From Devosia sp. (GTDB lineage: Bacteria; Pseudomonadota; Alphaproteobacteria; Rhizobiales; Devosiaceae): 64,000 bases of DNA. Positions 10,122 to 19,448 of this stretch are shown piece by piece. The stretch's first letter is position 1. Every line of letters begins with the position of its first letter. Position numbers and translations under genes: made by a program. The notes under the pieces were generated by a model that was given only the letters and a program-made list of their open reading frames with translations, was not told where the DNA came from and searched no databases. Location of the stretch: the NCBI RefSeq assembly GCF_028290625.1, contig NZ_JAQGJM010000021.1:253-64252 (forward strand), written 5' to 3'.

Positions 10122-10239
10122 CCCAACCCACCGCCCTTCCCGCGGGCTTGACCCGCGGGCCGCTCACCGCGAACCCTGAATTCCGGGCATGCTGATGGAG
10201 GCCCGCGGGTCAAGCCCGCGGGAAGGACTTTGGGTGGGG
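10122..10239. repeat. REP/MITE-like inverted-repeat element, family A (copy 2 of 3)
   Basis: cccaacccaccgcccttcccgcgggcttgacccgcgggcc ... ggcccgcgggtcaagcccgcgggaaggactttgggtgggg. Confidence 0.75.
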
Positions 10240-10287
10240 ATGGGTCGTGATCCAAGAGGTGGCGACGGCTGCTGCGGAACAGATGCC

Positions 10288-10723
10288 TCAATCCGCCAAC
10301 CGGAACGCCACTTCCGTCACCGGATTGCCGGATGGGCTCTGGTCGGGGTCGTTCAGATAAATCTCCATCCGCGTCGCGCCCACGAACCGATCGCCTTCTG
10401 GCCGTCCATCAAGCTGGTGGCCAGCGTCCTTCGCCCAATCCATCAGCGTCATATTGGCCTGATGCAGCTCTTGGTACGGGCCGTCATGCACTAGGCTGGC
10501 ATAGCGCCCCCCGGGCAAGGTGCCGGTCCTCACTGTGTCGTCGCCGGCCATCACCGTGGCGGTCGGCATGCCGACCCACCGTCTCGCCGCCATGGGCATT
10601 GACCCAGGCGATGACGTCGCCGATCAGCGGCGGCGCCTTTTGCGAGATTTCAGGCTGCCGCAGCGTCAGCACGATAGCAGCGAAAGGCTGCGGCTTGCGG
10701 GTGGCGATCATGATCTGGGTCAT
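10288..10723 (-). pseudogene. GyrI-like small-molecule-binding protein, split by a frameshift
   Basis: The N-terminal 50 aa (MTQIMIATRKPQPFAAIVLTLRQPEISQKAPPLIGDVIAWVNAHGGETVG; GGAGA RBS upstream of ATG 10723) lie in one frame. The C-terminal 94 aa (MPTATVMAGDD..LPGGRYASLVHDGPYQEL..MEIYLNDP) lie in another. The frames meet near 10570-10580. A sequencing error is an alternative explanation. Confidence 0.6.
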
Positions 10724-10783
10724 CTGGGGTCTCCTCACGGCATGGTTCAAGCATAGGCAATTGTCGTTTGATTGAATGCGGCC

Positions 10784-11569
10784 TCAATCCACCTGGGCGC
10801 CGCCGGTTGCGTTGGCGACCGTCGCAGTCATGCCCGCGGCGAGATCAGACGACAGCAGCACCGCCGCGTCGGCCACCTGCGCCAGCGCCGTCACCTTGCG
10901 CAGCGGCGTATCCTTGCCGAACTCGCGCGCGATATCGTCGAAAGTGACGCCTTGCTCGTTGGCCCGCAATTGCCAGGCGTTGCGCACGCCCGGCGCGTCG
11001 GGCGAGCCCGGTGAGCGCACGAAGCACACGCGCACTCCATGCGGGCCGTTCTCGACCGCCAGCTGGCGCAGGAAGTGCTCGATCGCCGCGCAGGCCACGC
11101 CGAAGCCACCGACATGGCTATAGGCCTCGCGCGCCGCATTGGCGGTAATACCGACGATCGCGCCGCCGCCATTGGCCCCCATATGCCGCGCCATGGCGGT
11201 GCCGGTCACGAACCAGGTCTGCATGGAATTGCGGATCGGCCGCAGGAAGCGTTCGAAATCCATGTCGGTCAATTCGGCGCCCTGGGTGTCGCCCCAGTCG
11301 ATGGCGTTGAACATCAGCTTGACCGGCCCCGCACCCTTGGCAATATCGGCCAAATGCCGCTCGACGGCTTTCGCATCGAGGGCATCGACCGGGGCGACCT
11401 GCGCCCTGCCCCCGGCGGCCTCGATTTCGTCGGCCACGGCCTGCAGGCTGTCCGGCGTCCGCCCGGCCAGAAACACCAGCGCGCCCTCCCGTGCATAGGC
11501 TTTGGCGACGGCGCCGCCGACTGCACCGCCGGCGCCATAGACGATCGCCGTCTTCCCCTTGAGCAACAT
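10784..11569 (-). CDS. SDR-family oxidoreductase
   Basis: MLLKGKTAIVYGAGGAVGGAVAKAYAREGALVFLAGR has a Rossmann Gly-rich motif. Start moved to the MLLKGK Met. Confidence 0.85.
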   Translation of the reverse strand: MLLKGKTAIVYGAGGAVGGAVAKAYAREGALVFLAGRTPDSLQAVADEIEAAGGRAQVAPVDALDAKAVERHLADIAKGAGPVKLMFNAIDWGDTQGAELTDMDFERFLRPIRNSMQTWFVTGTAMARHMGANGGGAIVGITANAAREAYSHVGGFGVACAAIEHFLRQLAVENGPHGVRVCFVRSPGSPDAPGVRNAWQLRANEQGVTFDDIAREFGKDTPLRKVTALAQVADAAVLLSSDLAAGMTATVANATGGAQVD

Positions 11570-11667
11570 CCCATCCCTCCTGACGTGTTTCATCCTCATG
11601 CGGTCGCGACCCGCTCAAGACATAGACGAACGCGCATTGGGGAATGCGACATCAGCCTGGAGAAAAA

Positions 11668-12126
11668 TTATTGTGCCGGTGGTTCCGGCGTGGCCCGCGA
11701 CCCGGGCGGCGGCACGGTCGAGCTGGTCTTGCACTCGATCAGCCAGACGTCATAGACGGCGTGGTCGAGCGCGTTCAGGGCTGGGCTATCAGCAAACATC
11801 CACCCGGTGAAGATGCGCTTGGAATTGCCCTGCAGGCTGCGCTGGTCGACTTCGAGAAACGCCGAAATGCGCTGCGTTTCGGTTGGCGGCCGGCTGTAGC
11901 AGGCGCGCGGCGTCACTTCGAGCGCGCCGAACAGCACCGTCTCGTCGATATAGACGTCGAATTTGGTGATGCGGCCGGTGATCTTGTCGAGCCCGGCAAA
12001 GGTGGCGATCGGATTGGCGATCGGGCCTGCCACGGCAACTCCAGCCATAAACGCCGAAAGCGCCAGTGCCGCGATCGGCACCAGCGTCTTGCGAAGCATT
12101 GGCGTAAGAAACTCTGTCAGGCGCAA
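11668..12126 (-). CDS. DUF2155 domain-containing secreted protein
   Basis: Signal peptide (MLRKTLVPIAALALSAFMAGVAVAG; the true start may be Met 12099) followed by LDKITGRITKFDVYIDETVLFGALEVTPRACYSRPP. Conserved pairing with the NDUFA12-like gene next door. Confidence 0.8.
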   Translation of the reverse strand: MRLTEFLTPMLRKTLVPIAALALSAFMAGVAVAGPIANPIATFAGLDKITGRITKFDVYIDETVLFGALEVTPRACYSRPPTETQRISAFLEVDQRSLQGNSKRIFTGWMFADSPALNALDHAVYDVWLIECKTSSTVPPPGSRATPEPPAQ

Positions 12127-12139
12127 GGCGCCACTGTCC

Positions 12140-12523
12140 TTATTCAGGCGACCAGGCCTTGTAGTCGCCGGTCACGCGCGGGCGCTCGCCCTTGCTCAGC
12201 ATGCTGCCATCGGGACGATAGGCGGCGGCCGTGCCAGTCAGGTTCTGCTCGTGTGGCTTTTCCCAGGCGCGCGGCACATATTTGACATCGCTCGGCACCA
12301 CGTCGGTGCGGAAATGGATCCAGCCATGCCATTCGGCGGCGATCTTGGACGCATCGGCAACGCCATTATAGGTGACGTAGCGGCGGTTTTCCTTGCGGTC
12401 CTGGTAGTAGCTATTGCCCATCTCGTCGGTGCCGACCAGCTCGCCGCGGCGCCAGATCCACAGCCGGGTGCCCCAGGTCTGCCCGTGCCACCAGCGGAAA
12501 ATTTCGAGAAGGAAGTCTTTCAT
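12140..12523 (-). CDS. NADH:ubiquinone oxidoreductase subunit NDUFA12-family protein
   Basis: FRWWHGQTWGTRLWIWRRGELVGTDEMGNSYYQD..EWHGWIH is the B17.2/NDUFA12 pattern. Confidence 0.9.
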   Translation of the reverse strand: MKDFLLEIFRWWHGQTWGTRLWIWRRGELVGTDEMGNSYYQDRKENRRYVTYNGVADASKIAAEWHGWIHFRTDVVPSDVKYVPRAWEKPHEQNLTGTAAAYRPDGSMLSKGERPRVTGDYKAWSPE

Positions 12524-12794
12524 GTCGCGGCCTGCTTACGTCCGGGGGGATCGGATGGACAGGCTCTAGCATGAGCCGATGCCGCTTCGCCAGAGTTTGC
12601 TAAACACAAGAGCCCGATGGCGCCCATTTTCACAAAAAAGTCCGCTTGACACGAACTTGCCACATTCGGCCCCTGCCCAGCAGCGCCGAAAGAGTCTTGC
12701 AGCAAGCGGGTTTAGCCTGATTCCTGGCTCTCACAACTAAACTGCAGTGCCTTTATTAAGTCCTCATTAACCTTTGATGACACTTGTCGCTTAT

Positions 12795-12830
12795 CCCCAC
12801 TAATCCCATATCAGATACTAGATTTTGGGG
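12795..12830. promoter_or_regulatory. Imperfect 36-bp palindrome in the nrdJ leader (possible NrdR-type operator)
   Basis: ccccactaatcccatat-cag-atactagattttgggg in an AT-rich region about 160-200 nt upstream of the nrdJ ATG. The repressor assignment is only a guess. Confidence 0.3.
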
Positions 12831-12991
12831 TTATGATGGACCCTGACACAACGAGTGGTGTGAAGGCTGTGGGAAAAAAGTGAAAATGTTGGCCTCGACT
12901 CTGGCTCCCAAGCTGGCTCACAGTTAGCTCAACGCCAGTACCCGAGTCCTCCCGACCGCACCCGGCCACCACACATTCTGACCCAAGAGAT

Positions 12992-15900
12992 TTGCGAATG
13001 CGCATCGAACGCCGCTTTACGAACGCCGAGCAAGACCGCTACAGCGCCCTCGATTTCCGCTCGGCCACGAGCGAAATCCGCAATCCGGATGGCTCTGTCG
13101 TGTTCAAGCTGGAAAATATCGCCGTGCCGGCTCAATGGAGCCAGGTGGCGGCCGATATCATCGCGCAGAAGTATTTCCGCAAGGCCGGCGTCGCCAAGGC
13201 GCTGACGAAGGTGGAGGAGAATTCCGTCCCTTCCTGGCTGTGGCGCTCCGTCCCTGACGAAGCTGCGCTCGCCAAGCTGCCGGAAAATGAGCGCTACGGC
13301 TCGGAAATGGATTCTCGCCAGGTGTTCGATCGCCTGGCCGGCACCTGGACCTATTGGGGCTGGAAGGGCGGCTATTTCGATAGCGAGGACGACGCCAAGG
13401 CGTTCTTCGACGAACTCTGTTTCATGCTCGCCAGCCAGCGCGTGGCGCCCAATAGCCCGCAATGGTTCAATACCGGCCTGCATTGGGCCTATGGCATCGA
13501 TGGCCCCGGCCAGGGCCACTTCTACGTCGACCCGTTCACCCACAAGCTGGTGGCGTCCAAGAGCTCCTACGAGCATCCCCAGCCGCATGCCTGCTTCATC
13601 CAGTCGGTCAATGACGATCTGGTCAACGACAACGGCATCATGGACCTTTGGGTCCGCGAAGCCCGCCTGTTCAAGTACGGCTCGGGCACCGGCACCAACT
13701 TCTCCAAGCTGCGCGGCGGCGGTGAGAAGCTGAGCGGCGGCGGCCGTTCGTCGGGCCTGATGAGCTTCCTCAAGATCGGCGATCGCGCTGCGGGCGCTAT
13801 CAAGTCCGGCGGCACCACGCGTCGCGCCGCCAAGATGGTGGTCATCGATATCGATCACCCCGATATCGAGGAATATATCAACTGGAAGGTCAAGGAAGAG
13901 CAGAAGGTTGCGGCGCTGGTTACCGGCTCCAAGGTCGTCTCCAAGCACCTCAAGCTGATCATGAAGGCCGCCGTGAACTGCGAAGGTTCGGGCGACGATT
14001 GCTTCGACGTGCAGAAGAACCCTGCCCTCAAGCGCGAAGTGCGCGCTGCCAAAAAGGCGCTGGTGCCGGAGAACTACATCTACCGCGTCATCCAGTTCGC
14101 CAAGCAGGGCTATACCGACCTCGATTTCCCCATCTACGACACCGATTGGGATAGCGAAGCGTACCTGACCGTCTCGGGCCAGAACTCGAACAATTCCGTC
14201 CGCGTCACCGATGACTTCCTCAAGGCCGTCGAGACCGATGGCGACTGGAACCTGACCGCCCGCAAGGACGGCAAGGTCACCAAGACTCTCAAGGCGCGCG
14301 ACCTGTGGGAACAGATCGGTTACGCCGCCTGGGCCTCGGCCGATCCCGGGATCCAGTACCACACCACTATCAACGAGTGGCACACCAGCCCCGAGGCCGG
14401 TCCGATCAATGCATCGAACCCTTGCTCGGAATACATGTTCCTCGACGACACGGCCTGCAACCTGGCTTCGGTCAACCTGCTGCCTTACCGCAATGCGGAT
14501 TCGACCTTCGACACCGCCGCCTATGAGCACACAGTGCGCTTGTGGACTGTGGTTCTCGAAATCTCGGTGATGATGGCGCAGTTCCCGTCCAAGTCGATTG
14601 CCGAACGCTCGTTCGAATATCGCACGCTGGGCATCGGCTACGCCAATATCGGTGGCCTCTTGATGACCTCGGGCATTCCCTATGACTCGGTTGAGGGCCG
14701 CGCCATTGCCGGCGCCGTCACCGCCATCATGACCGGCGTCAGCTATGCCACGTCCGCCGAAATGGCCAAGGAACTTGGCCCCTTCAAGGACTACAAGCGC
14801 AACGCCAAGCACATGCTGCGCGTCATCCGCAATCATCGCAACGCCGCCCATGGCAACACCGCGGGCTATGAAGGCCTCTCCATCAACCCCGTCCCGCTCG
14901 ACCACGCCTCGCTGACCGACGCGGCGCTGTCCGAACGCGCCAAGCTGGCCTGGGACAATGCCCTGGCTCTCGGCGAACAGCACGGCTACCGCAATGCCCA
15001 GGTATCGGTGATTGCCCCGACCGGCACCATTGGCCTCGTCATGGATTGCGACACCACCGGCATCGAGCCCGATTTCGCGCTGGTCAAGTTCAAGAAGCTC
15101 GCCGGTGGCGGCTACTTCAAGATCATCAACCGCGCCGTGCCCCCGGCTTTGCGGACCCTGGGTTACTCCGAGTCCCAGATTGCCGAGATGGAGGCCTATG
15201 CGGTCGGCCACGGCAACCTGAACCAGGCGCCCGGCGTCAATCCGGCCACCCTGCGCACCAAGGGTTTCACCGACGACAAGATCGCCGCCCTCAATGCCGC
15301 GACCGAAAGCGCCTTCGATCTCAAGTTCATCTTCAACCAGTGGACGCTGGGCGTCGATTTCCTCAAGAGCCTGGGCGTCACCCAGGAGCAGATGAACGAC
15401 TTTTCGTTCGAGCTGCTGCCGTTCCTCGGCTTCTCCAAGAAGGATATCGAGCTCGCCAATATCCACGTCTGCGGCGCCATGACCCTCGAGGGTGCTCCGC
15501 ATCTGCGCGCCGAGCACCAGGCGGTGTTCGATTGCGCCACTCCGTGCGGCAAGATCGGCAAGCGCTCGCTGTCGGTGGATAGCCACATCCTGATGATGGC
15601 GGCCGCCCAGCCGTTCATCTCCGGCGCCATCTCCAAGACCATCAACATGCCCAATGATGCGACGGTCGAGGACGCCAAGGAAAGCTACATGACCAGCTGG
15701 CGCCTGGCGCTGAAGGCCAATGCGCTCTATCGCGACGGCTCCAAGCTCAGCCAGCCGCTGAACTCCTCCGTGCTCGCCGTCGAGGATGAGGACGAGGAAG
15801 ACGCGATGGAAGAACTGCTGATGCAGTCGCCTGCCGCCCGCGTACCCCAGGTGGCCGAACGCATCGTCGAGCGCATCATCGAGCAGGTGCGTAGCCGCGA

Positions 15901-16705
15901 AAAGATGCCGGATCGCCGCAAGGGCTATACCCAGAAGGCCGTCGTCGGCGGCCACAAGGTCTATCTGCGCACCGGCGAATATGACGATGGCCGCCTCGGC
16001 GAAATCTTCATCGACATGCACAAGGAAGGCGCCGCCTTCCGCGCCATGATGAACAATTTTGCCATCGCCATCTCGCTGGGCCTGCAATATGGCGTGCCGC
16101 TGGACGAATATGTGGAGGCCTTCACCTTCACCCGTTTCGAGCCCGCCGGCATGGTCATGGGCAATGACCGGATCAAGAACGCGACCTCGATCATGGACTA
16201 TGTGTTCCGCGAGCTGGCCGTGTCCTATCTCGACCGCGACGACCTGGCCCATGTGAACCCCGCCTCCCCGACCTCGCTGTCGGGCGGCGTTTCCGAAGAG
16301 CACGGCACCCGCTCGGCGCCGCAGTCCGCTCCCGCGCCGGTTCCGGCCGACAAGTTCGTCTCCCGCGGCATGACCCGCGGCCGCACCCAGAACGCGTCGC
16401 TGATGCTGGTCCCCACGTCAGAGGCCGCCCGCTACGCGCCCGTGGCCTCCTCGATTTCGACCGTCACGGCGCTGCGCAGCGCCACGGCCCTCAAGATCGA
16501 GCCCTCAGCCACGGTTCTCAACGCCGCCGAACTCACCCCCATCCCCTCCCCGCCGCCCTCGACCGACAAGCACCAACTCCGCGCCGAAGCCCAAATGAAG
16601 GGCTATACCGGCGACCAGTGCAGCAACTGCAACTCGATGCGGATGAAGGTGTCGGGCCACTGCATGGTTTGCGAGGATTGCGGGACGACGACTGGGTGTA
16701 GTTGA
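12992..16705 (+). CDS. nrdJ: Vitamin B12-dependent (class II) ribonucleotide reductase
   Basis: 1237 aa. Active-site region [21 protein letters not shown] and a long alphaproteobacterial-type architecture with a Cys-rich C-terminal tail [28 protein letters not shown]. Confidence 0.97.
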   Translation: MRMRIERRFTNAEQDRYSALDFRSATSEIRNPDGSVVFKLENIAVPAQWSQVAADIIAQKYFRKAGVAKALTKVEENSVPSWLWRSVPDEAALAKLPENERYGSEMDSRQVFDRLAGTWTYWGWKGGYFDSEDDAKAFFDELCFMLASQRVAPNSPQWFNTGLHWAYGIDGPGQGHFYVDPFTHKLVASKSSYEHPQPHACFIQSVNDDLVNDNGIMDLWVREARLFKYGSGTGTNFSKLRGGGEKLSGGGRSSGLMSFLKIGDRAAGAIKSGGTTRRAAKMVVIDIDHPDIEEYINWKVKEEQKVAALVTGSKVVSKHLKLIMKAAVNCEGSGDDCFDVQKNPALKREVRAAKKALVPENYIYRVIQFAKQGYTDLDFPIYDTDWDSEAYLTVSGQNSNNSVRVTDDFLKAVETDGDWNLTARKDGKVTKTLKARDLWEQIGYAAWASADPGIQYHTTINEWHTSPEAGPINASNPCSEYMFLDDTACNLASVNLLPYRNADSTFDTAAYEHTVRLWTVVLEISVMMAQFPSKSIAERSFEYRTLGIGYANIGGLLMTSGIPYDSVEGRAIAGAVTAIMTGVSYATSAEMAKELGPFKDYKRNAKHMLRVIRNHRNAAHGNTAGYEGLSINPVPLDHASLTDAALSERAKLAWDNALALGEQHGYRNAQVSVIAPTGTIGLVMDCDTTGIEPDFALVKFKKLAGGGYFKIINRAVPPALRTLGYSESQIAEMEAYAVGHGNLNQAPGVNPATLRTKGFTDDKIAALNAATESAFDLKFIFNQWTLGVDFLKSLGVTQEQMNDFSFELLPFLGFSKKDIELANIHVCGAMTLEGAPHLRAEHQAVFDCATPCGKIGKRSLSVDSHILMMAAAQPFISGAISKTINMPNDATVEDAKESYMTSWRLALKANALYRDGSKLSQPLNSSVLAVEDEDEEDAMEELLMQSPAARVPQVAERIVERIIEQVRSREKMPDRRKGYTQKAVVGGHKVYLRTGEYDDGRLGEIFIDMHKEGAAFRAMMNNFAIAISLGLQYGVPLDEYVEAFTFTRFEPAGMVMGNDRIKNATSIMDYVFRELAVSYLDRDDLAHVNPASPTSLSGGVSEEHGTRSAPQSAPAPVPADKFVSRGMTRGRTQNASLMLVPTSEAARYAPVASSISTVTALRSATALKIEPSATVLNAAELTPIPSPPPSTDKHQLRAEAQMKGYTGDQCSNCNSMRMKVSGHCMVCEDCGTTTGCS

Positions 16706-16947
16706 GTAAGAGCCACGTACGGCTGTGACGTGGGGAATAAAAGTTCCATGAATCCCCGATAGCCTTCCAGTATGCGGGGCATAAAGTTTCCACTGCCAGG
16801 CGAGGTGCCCGGGGTGGTGAAAAACGACGAAGGCGGCGGGGTTTCCTCGCCGCCAAGTAGCCAAGAGAACATTTAGTGAATCTGCGATTTGACAAAGATC
16901 TGACTTAGCGACCCGGCGACGGGTCACTCATTCAAAGGGCAATTTTG

Positions 16948-18327
16948 ATGAAGAGACTCGTTTTTTGCTTCGACGGCAGCTGGAACCGCATTGACGCAGC
17001 CAATCCAACGAACGTGCTGTTCACGGCCCAGAGCGTTCTCCCGCAGACAAAGGATGGCACGTCGCAGGTCATCTACTACGATGAAGGCGTCGGCACCGGC
17101 GACCACGACAAATTCCGAGGCGGCCTGTTTGGCGAAGGCTTGGTCAAGAACCTGTCGGACGCCTATCGCTTCTTGATTTTCAATCACATGCCAGGCGACG
17201 AGATCTACGTATTCGGGTTCTCGCGTGGCGCGTTCACCGCTCGGTCCTTTGTCGGCCTGATCGGTACGTGCGGCATTCTCCAGCGACCATCGGCCGGCAG
17301 GTCGAACGAGGCGGTCGGGCTCTATAAGAAGCGCGAGGACACTGACGCGTTTCGACAGAAGCTTCTCGAGTTCCGTCGCGATGTCGCGCCGCACATCAGC
17401 GTGTCCGACGCAGAGGATCAGTGGCGAGCGGCTAACGTGCCGGATTACCAGCTGGGCAAATCCCCGTTGCTGAAGATCACCTATCTCGGCGTATGGGATA
17501 CGGTGGGAGCTCTTGGCGTCCCCGACTACATTTGGAACGCGGAAGGCTTCAACAAGGACCACCGCTTCCACGACACCAACCTGAGTCCCATGGTGATGTC
17601 GGCCAGGCACGCCGTCGCGATCGACGAGAGCAAAGCGGACTTCAAGCCGACGCTCTGGGAAAACCTGCAAGAACTCAATGGCGGCCGCGGCAAAGATCCG
17701 AAGGCCGAGGATACTCCATACCAGCAGAAGTGGTTCCCTGGGGTGCATGGCGGCGTGGGTGGCGGCGGCCCGCGTCGAGGCCTTTCCGACCAGGCGTTGG
17801 AATGGATCTGGGATGGCGCCGGCAATGCCGGCCTAGTGTTGGATAGCTCCAAGGGCTCGCCGATCTACAGCCTGTCGCCATCCCACTTGGAATACCTCGA
17901 AAATTCCGAGGAGGAAGAGGGCTTCAGCATCATCGGCACCCTGATGAAGGTCATGCCCAAAACAGTCCGCCAGCCAGGCCCGCAAGGCCTGCACGAGGTC
18001 AGTGTAAGCGCCCAGCGTCGGTGGCACGAAAAGGGAGACAACCTTCCCGAAAAAACACCCTATCGCCCGAAGCCGTTGCAGCATGTCGAGTCGGAGCTTG
18101 ATGCTCTTGATGCCGTCACGTTGGGTATGGGCGAAGACGGCATTGAGTTGGCACCGGACAAGTTCACCGCACATATCGTCGAGCCCGGCGACTCCCTATC
18201 CAAGTTGGCCAAGCGCTATCTTGGCGATGCCCAGCGTTGGCCGGAAATAGCAGCCGCCAACCGGTACAAGATCACAAATCCGGACCTGATCTATGTTGGG
18301 CAATCCCTGCGAATACCCATCAGATGA
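16948..18327 (+). CDS. DUF2235 (Tle1-like alpha/beta hydrolase/phospholipase) protein with C-terminal LysM domain
   Basis: LVFCFDGSWN, YYDEGVGT and VFGFSRGAFTARS (GxSxG nucleophile elbow) are typical of DUF2235. The C-terminal HIVEPGDSLSKLAKRYLGDAQRWPEIAAANRYKITNPDLIYVGQSLRIP is a LysM motif. Confidence 0.85.
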   Translation: MKRLVFCFDGSWNRIDAANPTNVLFTAQSVLPQTKDGTSQVIYYDEGVGTGDHDKFRGGLFGEGLVKNLSDAYRFLIFNHMPGDEIYVFGFSRGAFTARSFVGLIGTCGILQRPSAGRSNEAVGLYKKREDTDAFRQKLLEFRRDVAPHISVSDAEDQWRAANVPDYQLGKSPLLKITYLGVWDTVGALGVPDYIWNAEGFNKDHRFHDTNLSPMVMSARHAVAIDESKADFKPTLWENLQELNGGRGKDPKAEDTPYQQKWFPGVHGGVGGGGPRRGLSDQALEWIWDGAGNAGLVLDSSKGSPIYSLSPSHLEYLENSEEEEGFSIIGTLMKVMPKTVRQPGPQGLHEVSVSAQRRWHEKGDNLPEKTPYRPKPLQHVESELDALDAVTLGMGEDGIELAPDKFTAHIVEPGDSLSKLAKRYLGDAQRWPEIAAANRYKITNPDLIYVGQSLRIPIR

Positions 18328-18431
18328 ATCGTTGATGCCGTAAGAAATTGCGACTGCAAGTAATTCACAGTCTTGCAGTTCTAAATGGATGCACCATTTC
18401 TTGGTAAACTAAGTGTGAACGGAGATTAAGC

Positions 18432-19448
18432 GTGCCGGTACCTCAGGCTCGTTTCGACGAATTGCTGAAAGATATTGAGCCTAGCCCAACCACCGTGAGT
18501 CGGGCATCTGGTGGTCATATCGGTGTTCGGAATCACTTGGCGACGCAGAAGGATTTTAAATCGAAGTTCCTTTATGCATTCTTGTCAGGAAGCTACGCAC
18601 GCGACACCGCTATCAGGCCTGGCACGGTCGATGGTGTTCAGGAAAAGCCAGATGTCGACATTATTGTCGTCACGAACTTCACCAGTCAGGACACGCCCGA
18701 CGCGGTGCTCAACTCAGTTTGCAGGGCACTTGAAGACGGGGGAAATGGCTATGCCGTAGAGCGCATTAATCGCCGGTCGGTGCGTCTGGAAACCTGGCAA
18801 GCCGATATGGACATCGTACCAGTATACGAGCTCGCCAGCGGTGGATACATGATCGCGGATCGCGAGAGTGGCACGTGGAAATTCACCAATCCACCGATGC
18901 ACAGCCAGTGGAGCGTTGAGCGCAACCAGACCTACGGCGACCGTTTCAAGCCCTTGGTCAAGATATTTAAGTGGTGGCGTCGGATCAACCCAAGCGGAAA
19001 GCGACCAAAGGGCTTCGTCCTCGAAGTACTGGTAGGGCGCCATGCGCCGCTTGGGGTAACCCACTATGGCGAAGCTTTCGCGCAGACTCTGGAGAACATT
19101 TACGCTACGCACGGACAAAACGCTGAGCTCGGGCTCAAACCCCAAATCTGGGATCCGGCCGACGGCTCCAACGATATCCTTTCGAAGGTGACCATCGCCC
19201 AATGGCAAGCGTTCGTCGAAAAGGTGCGCGTCTATGCGGGTATCGCGCGGCGCGCCCAGGAAGCAGACGATATGGAAGAGGCGTCACGCCAATGGCGCCG
19301 CGTGTTCGGAGACCGATTCAAGTGGACTGCGAACGCCGCCAAGACCACAGCTACGGGCGCATTCGCATCTGCACCGGCGGCCGCCGGTTACACCTTCCCC
19401 AACACCATGGCGGCGCCCGTCAGCAGTAAGCCCCGAGGTTTTGCTTGA
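18432..19448 (+). CDS. CBASS cGAS/DncV-like nucleotidyltransferase (CD-NTase/SMODS-type)
   Basis: Pol-beta NTase motifs LSGSYARDTAIRP...PDVDIIVV and a third acidic site QADMDIVPV. The gene lies directly upstream of cap2-cap3-cap4 and overlaps cap2 by 4 nt. GTG start. Confidence 0.85.
   Translation: MPVPQARFDELLKDIEPSPTTVSRASGGHIGVRNHLATQKDFKSKFLYAFLSGSYARDTAIRPGTVDGVQEKPDVDIIVVTNFTSQDTPDAVLNSVCRALEDGGNGYAVERINRRSVRLETWQADMDIVPVYELASGGYMIADRESGTWKFTNPPMHSQWSVERNQTYGDRFKPLVKIFKWWRRINPSGKRPKGFVLEVLVGRHAPLGVTHYGEAFAQTLENIYATHGQNAELGLKPQIWDPADGSNDILSKVTIAQWQAFVEKVRVYAGIARRAQEADDMEEASRQWRRVFGDRFKWTANAAKTTATGAFASAPAAAGYTFPNTMAAPVSSKPRGFA

Noticed and set aside
12830-12991. Possible cobalamin riboswitch in the nrdJ leader (gggaaaaaagtgaaaatg, cacagttag and gccagtacccgag faintly resemble B12-element segments)
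   Set aside because: The matches are short and degenerate, the conserved B12 box is not convincingly present, and a B12 riboswitch on a B12-dependent RNR is not the expected logic. Only a covariance-model scan could revive this.
12929-16303. 1124-aa ORF antisense to nrdJ
   Set aside because: Shadow ORF. The + strand encodes a full-length class II RNR with active-site motifs, while the antisense translation is Gly/Ala/Asp/His-rich nonsense.
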